DNA of 64,000 nt, taken from Antedon mediterranea. Lineage: Eukaryota; Animalia; Echinodermata. A program made the translations under genes and the position numbers. The notes under the pieces are model-generated. The model was not told the DNA's origin, ran no database searches, and saw only the letters and a list, made by a program, of their open reading frames with translations. The stretch is from the NCBI RefSeq assembly GCF_964355755.1, contig NC_092674.1:11346001-11410000 (forward strand). The letters run 5' to 3'. Numbering within the stretch: the stretch's first letter is position 1; every line of letters begins with the position of its first letter. This document shows, in pieces, positions 58,944 to 64,000 of the stretch.

Positions 58944-60122
58944 TTAATGTTTAAAGGATCTAAATTGTACATTTATGCCGGTAGGGGCAAGAGTGCCAAG
59001 CTTTACAATTATTCTTTCTTCTATAATTCTACGAGATGTCTCAGAACCATTACATACTTTAACACCAGAAATAGTAATATCCGAAAGGGAATGCTCATTA
59101 TTACAAAAATGGGTGGCTACAGGTAATCCGGGAGTCTTTAGTTTAATAGACCTTAAATGTTCTACAAACCTATCACCTAACCTGCGTTTAGTTTCACCAA
59201 TATAAAGCATATTACATTTAGTACACGAAATACAATAAACTAGATTTCCAGTGGTGCACGTAATACGATCTGTGATCACATAATTACCAGAAGGTCCTAC
59301 TATTTGGTTTGAACATGAAACGTAATTACATGTCGAACATCTATTTCTATTACATTTGAATGTTCCAATTGATTCATTACCTTTGTTTTGTAATTTAGAT
59401 TTAACTAAAGTGTCTTTAATGCTTTGATCACGTCTGTAAGCTATCATGGGTGGTTCTTGAAAAATATCTTTTGTAGCGGATTTATCTTCAGTCAAAATTG
59501 AAAAGTTATCGCGAACAATGTTAATAACCTTCTTATTCATAGGATGATACGTGAGGACTAGAGGTATGCGGTCACAAGCATTTGTATTATGTGTAGGTTG
59601 CAATGTGTTCTCGTGCGTTAACTGGCAAACTTTTCTTAGAGATTTCACAGTAATGTCAGATGGATATTCGCGTGCATTGAAAAAATCGATCATCTCAGAT
59701 GCTTTGATGTTAAAGTCATCATCATCGCTACATAAACGTCGAAGTCTAACAAGTTGCGAATACGGTATAGCATTCTTACAAGCTGGAGGATGCGAAGAGT
59801 TGTAATTTAGATAAGTGTGCGCGTCAGTATCTTTGTAGTGGACGGATGTAGAAAGACCAGGTTTATCAATAGATAAACTAATATCAAGGAAAGGCACACA
59901 CTTGTCAGAAATTTCATGAGTAAACTTTATAGCAGGATGAAAATTGTTCACAAAGTTAATGAACTCATTAAGTTCATCTAAAGTTCCCGACATAACACCA
60001 ACACAATCATCAATATACCGTTTGAATAAATCTGGTTTTTTTCCCTTATAATCTCGTAACACATTCTGCTCAAAATACCCCATAAAGAGGCAAGCAAAGT
60101 TAGGTCCCAATTTTGTACCCAT
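58944..60122 (-). mobile_element. Penelope-like retroelement (Neptune-type), 5'-truncated RT + GIY-YIG endonuclease, 392-aa open frame
   Basis: MGTKLGPNFA (RT motif B), KRYIDD, FLDI, SSHP thumb, CNRNRCSTC linker, NLVYCISCTKCNMLYIGETKRRLGDRFVEH and GIN; element spans about 58660-60135 between (TA)n tracts. Confidence 0.96.
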
Positions 60123-60149
60123 GCTTATCCCAGAATATATATATATATA

Positions 60150-61045
60150 TATAAATACAAAGGCAAATTACTGAAAAAATGACAATGCTGTGGGTATCAG
60201 TGGCTGGATCTCAATGGAGATACAAAATAAAGCGAAAAGCTAAATCAAAACGAGAAGTAAAACAGCCAGAAAAGTTAGCCCCAACCGAGACTCGTGGTAC
60301 GGCGGAACAGTATTAGTCCTCAGTTGTACAACTGAGGACTAATACTGTTCCGTCGTACCACGCCGAGAATGTTAAAGAGTCGCTATCCAATTGAGTTTGA
60401 ACAATACCATGAAAGCCCCAGTGGTCTAATGGTTAGGACATCTGCATATCAAGCAGGCAGTCGGAGTTCAAGTCTCGGTTGGGACGACTTTTTCTCATTC
60501 TCACAGATTTCCTCATCTTTATCGTTTCAAATTAATTAATTAAATTTCATTATATCACCGGGCGGTTTCGAATTAATGTCCTAATGTGTTTTTTGTATAA
60601 ACAAATTAGGCAATGAATATTAATTCGAAACCGCCCGGTGATATACTGATATTTAATTAATTAATTTGAAACGATAATATATATATATATAAATCCAAAG
60701 GCAAATTACTGAAAAAATGACAATGCTGTGGGTATCAGTGGCTGGATCTCAATGGAGATACAAAAAAAAGAGCGAAAAGCTAAATCAAAACGATAAAGTA
60801 AACAGCCAGAAAAGTTAGCAGAGCTTTCGGGCAACACTAGCCCTTCAATAGATGAGGGTGTATCAATTTGATCTCTGGTGCGCGTGCGTACAATTTAGGA
60901 CTAGTGCTACGCCGAGAATGTTAAAGAGTTGCTATTTAATCGAGTTTGAACAATACCACTGTTAGGACAACTGCATATCAAGCAGACGGTCCGAGTTCGA
61001 ATCTCACAGATTTCCTCATCTTTATCGTTTCAAATTAATTAATTA
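60150..61045. mobile_element. Composite of hammerhead-bearing and tRNA-like repeats with internal palindromes
   Basis: Direct repeat 60150-60277/60690-60820; ~70-bp palindrome at 60293-60362; tRNA-like segment 60415-60486; inverted repeat 60519-60678; degenerate hammerhead CTATTGAAGGGCTAGTGTTGCCCGAAAGCTC on minus strand at 60821-60851. Confidence 0.8.
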
Positions 61046-61085
61046 TAATATATTATACATATTAAGTTATTTTTTTAATTGCAGG

Positions 61086-62627
61086 ATGGCTAGCAACATC
61101 AATAAGAAAGAGTGCAGCCTTCAGAATCGGGTTCAGTCTGACAATAGAAAGTCTCACAATCTGGCACAAATTACAGATCTTAACAATCTCTTGGGAAGCA
61201 TCAGACTACATGAAAACAAAGATGAAAATGTTGCGCTGTGCCCCTCTCATGCTAAACCATTAAAGATGTATTGCACAAAATGTAAAGTACCAATATGCAT
61301 TGAATGCACAGAAATAAAACACGCAGCAGGGGACGGAAAACATGAACTAATTAACATTCTAACAGCATTTGATAAATTTAAGGACACCTCAGAAGAATTT
61401 AAGCAATCTGCAAATGAATTCAAAAGAAAAACAGAAAATGTACTCAAACTCGTCGTAAAGAATTCTACAGAACTAGAACAAAGTAAAAAAACAAGTCTCA
61501 CAAAAATTGATAACCAAGTTCAAGAAATGGTACAAATAATCCATATAAAAGGAGATGAAATGAAGAAAGAAGTTGAAGAACATTATGAAAATGAAAAGAA
61601 AGTTAATGACACACAGCTTACGAAATTAACAAAAATCACTTCTGAAGTAAATACAACTATTAGTTCCCTAAATCAGTTACTAATGAGTGAACCAACAACT
61701 GCTATGAAATCAAGTGAGATTGTATTAAATATGATGGAAGAATTTAATCAATCTGAAGAAATCAAACAAAAGGACAGCAGACAAATTAACTTCATCAGAA
61801 ACCAACATCCAATTGATTTACTGAAAGAAAATAGCATTGGAAATGTGGTATTCAAACCCCTTCCTATCAATGTAAGTGGAAAGCTTAGAGGTTTAGTAAA
61901 GTGTGATGATGATTGCTTTCTTGTTTCATCTTGGACAAATGAAATTTACAAGTACAACCTATCAGGAGAACATATAAGCAAGATTACACTGCCAGAAGAT
62001 ATGAGAGTTAACAGAATGTACAGAATGAAGAATGGAAACATAGCATTCAGTGATGGCAATAATAAATGCATTCAAGTATGCGATGTGAATGGTAATGTGA
62101 TCAAATCCATTGGTAAGGGTGCATTGGAATCTCCATGGGGTTTTCACATAGATGAGTCAACTAATGTTGTATATGTAGCAGATGTGATAATTGAACGTGT
62201 GTTTATGTTTAACCTCAATAGTGGTAAGACTTTAAAGATAATAGGAGCACAAAGGAATGGATTACATGGATACTGTGATGTTGCTCTTACAAAAACTAGA
62301 AACATACTTATGACAGATGAAGGAAGCAATCAAGTATTATTGTATGATAACAAGGACAAGTCACTAAAAGTACTTATCAATGAAGGAAATGAAGATGGAT
62401 ATGTTATAGGGCCAAAAGGAGTTGTAGTTGATGTGGATGATAACATCATCATAGCAAGTAAAAACAAGCTACAACTATTTAGTTGTGACGGATATTTTAT
62501 CAAAAGAATTGATCAACAAGAAGATGGAATTAATCATCCACGTCAGTTGTGTATTGTTTCATGTAACCCACACATGGTTGCTGTACTCAACCTTGGTGAC
62601 AGAATAATTAAAATCTTCAATTATTAA
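61086..62627 (+). CDS. TRIM-NHL-like protein (B-box 2, coiled coil, NHL/beta-propeller repeats; no RING), 513 aa, single coding exon
   Basis: B-box CPSHAKPLKMYCTKCKVPICIECTEIKH; heptad-rich region; NHL-type motifs SPWGFHID..VVYVAD, GPKGVVVDVDDNIIIAS, HPRQLCI; splice acceptor ttgcag 1 nt before ATG; no internal stops. Confidence 0.93.
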   Translation: MASNINKKECSLQNRVQSDNRKSHNLAQITDLNNLLGSIRLHENKDENVALCPSHAKPLKMYCTKCKVPICIECTEIKHAAGDGKHELINILTAFDKFKDTSEEFKQSANEFKRKTENVLKLVVKNSTELEQSKKTSLTKIDNQVQEMVQIIHIKGDEMKKEVEEHYENEKKVNDTQLTKLTKITSEVNTTISSLNQLLMSEPTTAMKSSEIVLNMMEEFNQSEEIKQKDSRQINFIRNQHPIDLLKENSIGNVVFKPLPINVSGKLRGLVKCDDDCFLVSSWTNEIYKYNLSGEHISKITLPEDMRVNRMYRMKNGNIAFSDGNNKCIQVCDVNGNVIKSIGKGALESPWGFHIDESTNVVYVADVIIERVFMFNLNSGKTLKIIGAQRNGLHGYCDVALTKTRNILMTDEGSNQVLLYDNKDKSLKVLINEGNEDGYVIGPKGVVVDVDDNIIIASKNKLQLFSCDGYFIKRIDQQEDGINHPRQLCIVSCNPHMVAVLNLGDRIIKIFNY

Positions 62628-64000
62628 AATTTTACAAGAAAAACTCCTCCCCTGTATATAAACTGTATTTATTGTATTCCCTACATTGTAAATGTATATG
62701 CATACATTGAAATTTAAAACAAAATCAAATTATCAATTAATTTATAAATTAATCTTTTGTATACTTAAGACGTTGCGCAGTAATCAAAGGCAAATACGAG
62801 AACACTAAATTGAATTCCTTATGTAAAGGAAAATCGAGGTAATCATGAAAATTCCTTGTAGAGCCTCTCTATTGACCGACACGTCACCCGGAGCTACAAA
62901 TTGGAAGAAGAGGAAATTAATGTTCTATCATCACTGGTCATTCTATATTAAATTTTCGTCGAAATTGTGTTTCTTTTTCTGTTTTTGGCCCCATTGAAAA
63001 ATGTAATTTTCGGGGGCGACGTCATATACAACAATGGCATCCAATGAATTACGACATTGTTTTCCGCTTACTAATTACACATCGCTGGCGTAACACTTAC
63101 TACAAGGGAGCAACAACTCAGGGGAGCATACAACCTGAAGAACACGCCGCGGAATTGTCATTCGTTTCCATTTCAGTACACGCGAATATAACTTTCAACC
63201 TAAATTCTCTATCTCATAGCCTATTATTTCATCTCTCATGACAATCAATCTTCTTACACACAGTACTATATATAAAAAATTTGGGCCAAGAAACATTATT
63301 GAAAAAATATCTAAACACGATAATGTTTTCCCAGCGTCAAAAAGCGCCTTTCTTTTAGTAATACAAACAATGAAATGTCGAGATGATGAATGGTGTTTGA
63401 TGCACCCTGCAATTCCGAACTTAGACTACATTCCATTTTTTTTATGCTGGCCACAAATTATGGCAATTTATTTCCAATTTAAACTTAGATAAAACATCAG
63501 TAAATACCTTTAAGCGTGCGTTTAAACTGTCTCTGATCTCGATATATGGTGAGTAAATACCACTCTACTTATTTATTATTTATTATATATCATACTATAT
63601 TATATGAAACATGAAATAATTTCTTTTTTTGTATACTGCCTTACTTATTTACTCAATGCTTTTATGTTTATTGTAATTATTATTATAGTCTAAGGTTGCT
63701 TACTAGCTTAAAGATCTATGCTCTGCACAGATCTTTATACATGCATCCTCCATGTACAGTACTAGGTTGTAGTAGTTGTGTAGTATGTGGAAAATAAATT
63801 GAATTGAATGTTATACGTATGAAGGTTGATCATGGAGCTAATTGTATAGCTTTATGATTTTATCTTACCGAAAATGATCGTAAACATACCAAACGCTGAT
63901 GTGCGGCTTCGATCTCGATGTATTATGTAAAATATTGTGTCAACTGTGACGCAAACCCGGTGACATGCGTCACAGAAACACTACGCGCACACTCTCTCAC

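Overview
AT-rich, intron-containing animal (marine invertebrate, echinoderm-like by inference) genomic DNA dominated by transposon debris. Host-type content: an 8-exon proteinase K/aqualysin-like S8 protease gene with two frameshifts (minus strand, 22385-26291), an intact single-exon B-box/coiled-coil/NHL (TRIM-NHL-like, no RING) ORF (61086-62627), and a short multi-exon gene of unknown function. The main hidden feature, not visible as a single ORF, is a decayed, spliced transposase-like gene on the minus strand (about 10134-16513). It can be rebuilt from seven segments and has a RAG1-like order of domains: N-terminal Cys/His zinc domain, GGRPKK, RING finger, then the start of an RNase H-type DDE core. 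It is split by a LINE fragment, which is itself split by a 3.4-kb TIR element. Also present: two Penelope-like elements (one with a GIY-YIG ORF and a minimal hammerhead ribozyme), fold-back repeats carrying a tRNA-like segment next to a degenerate hammerhead, P-superfamily MITE and 20-33 bp palindromic footprints, L2/CR1 LINEs, a HINE/DINE-like element, a 141-bp minisatellite with higher-order structure, and a 4013-bp tandem amplification (about 40200-54837). All calls come from manual reading and translation; no database searches were run.
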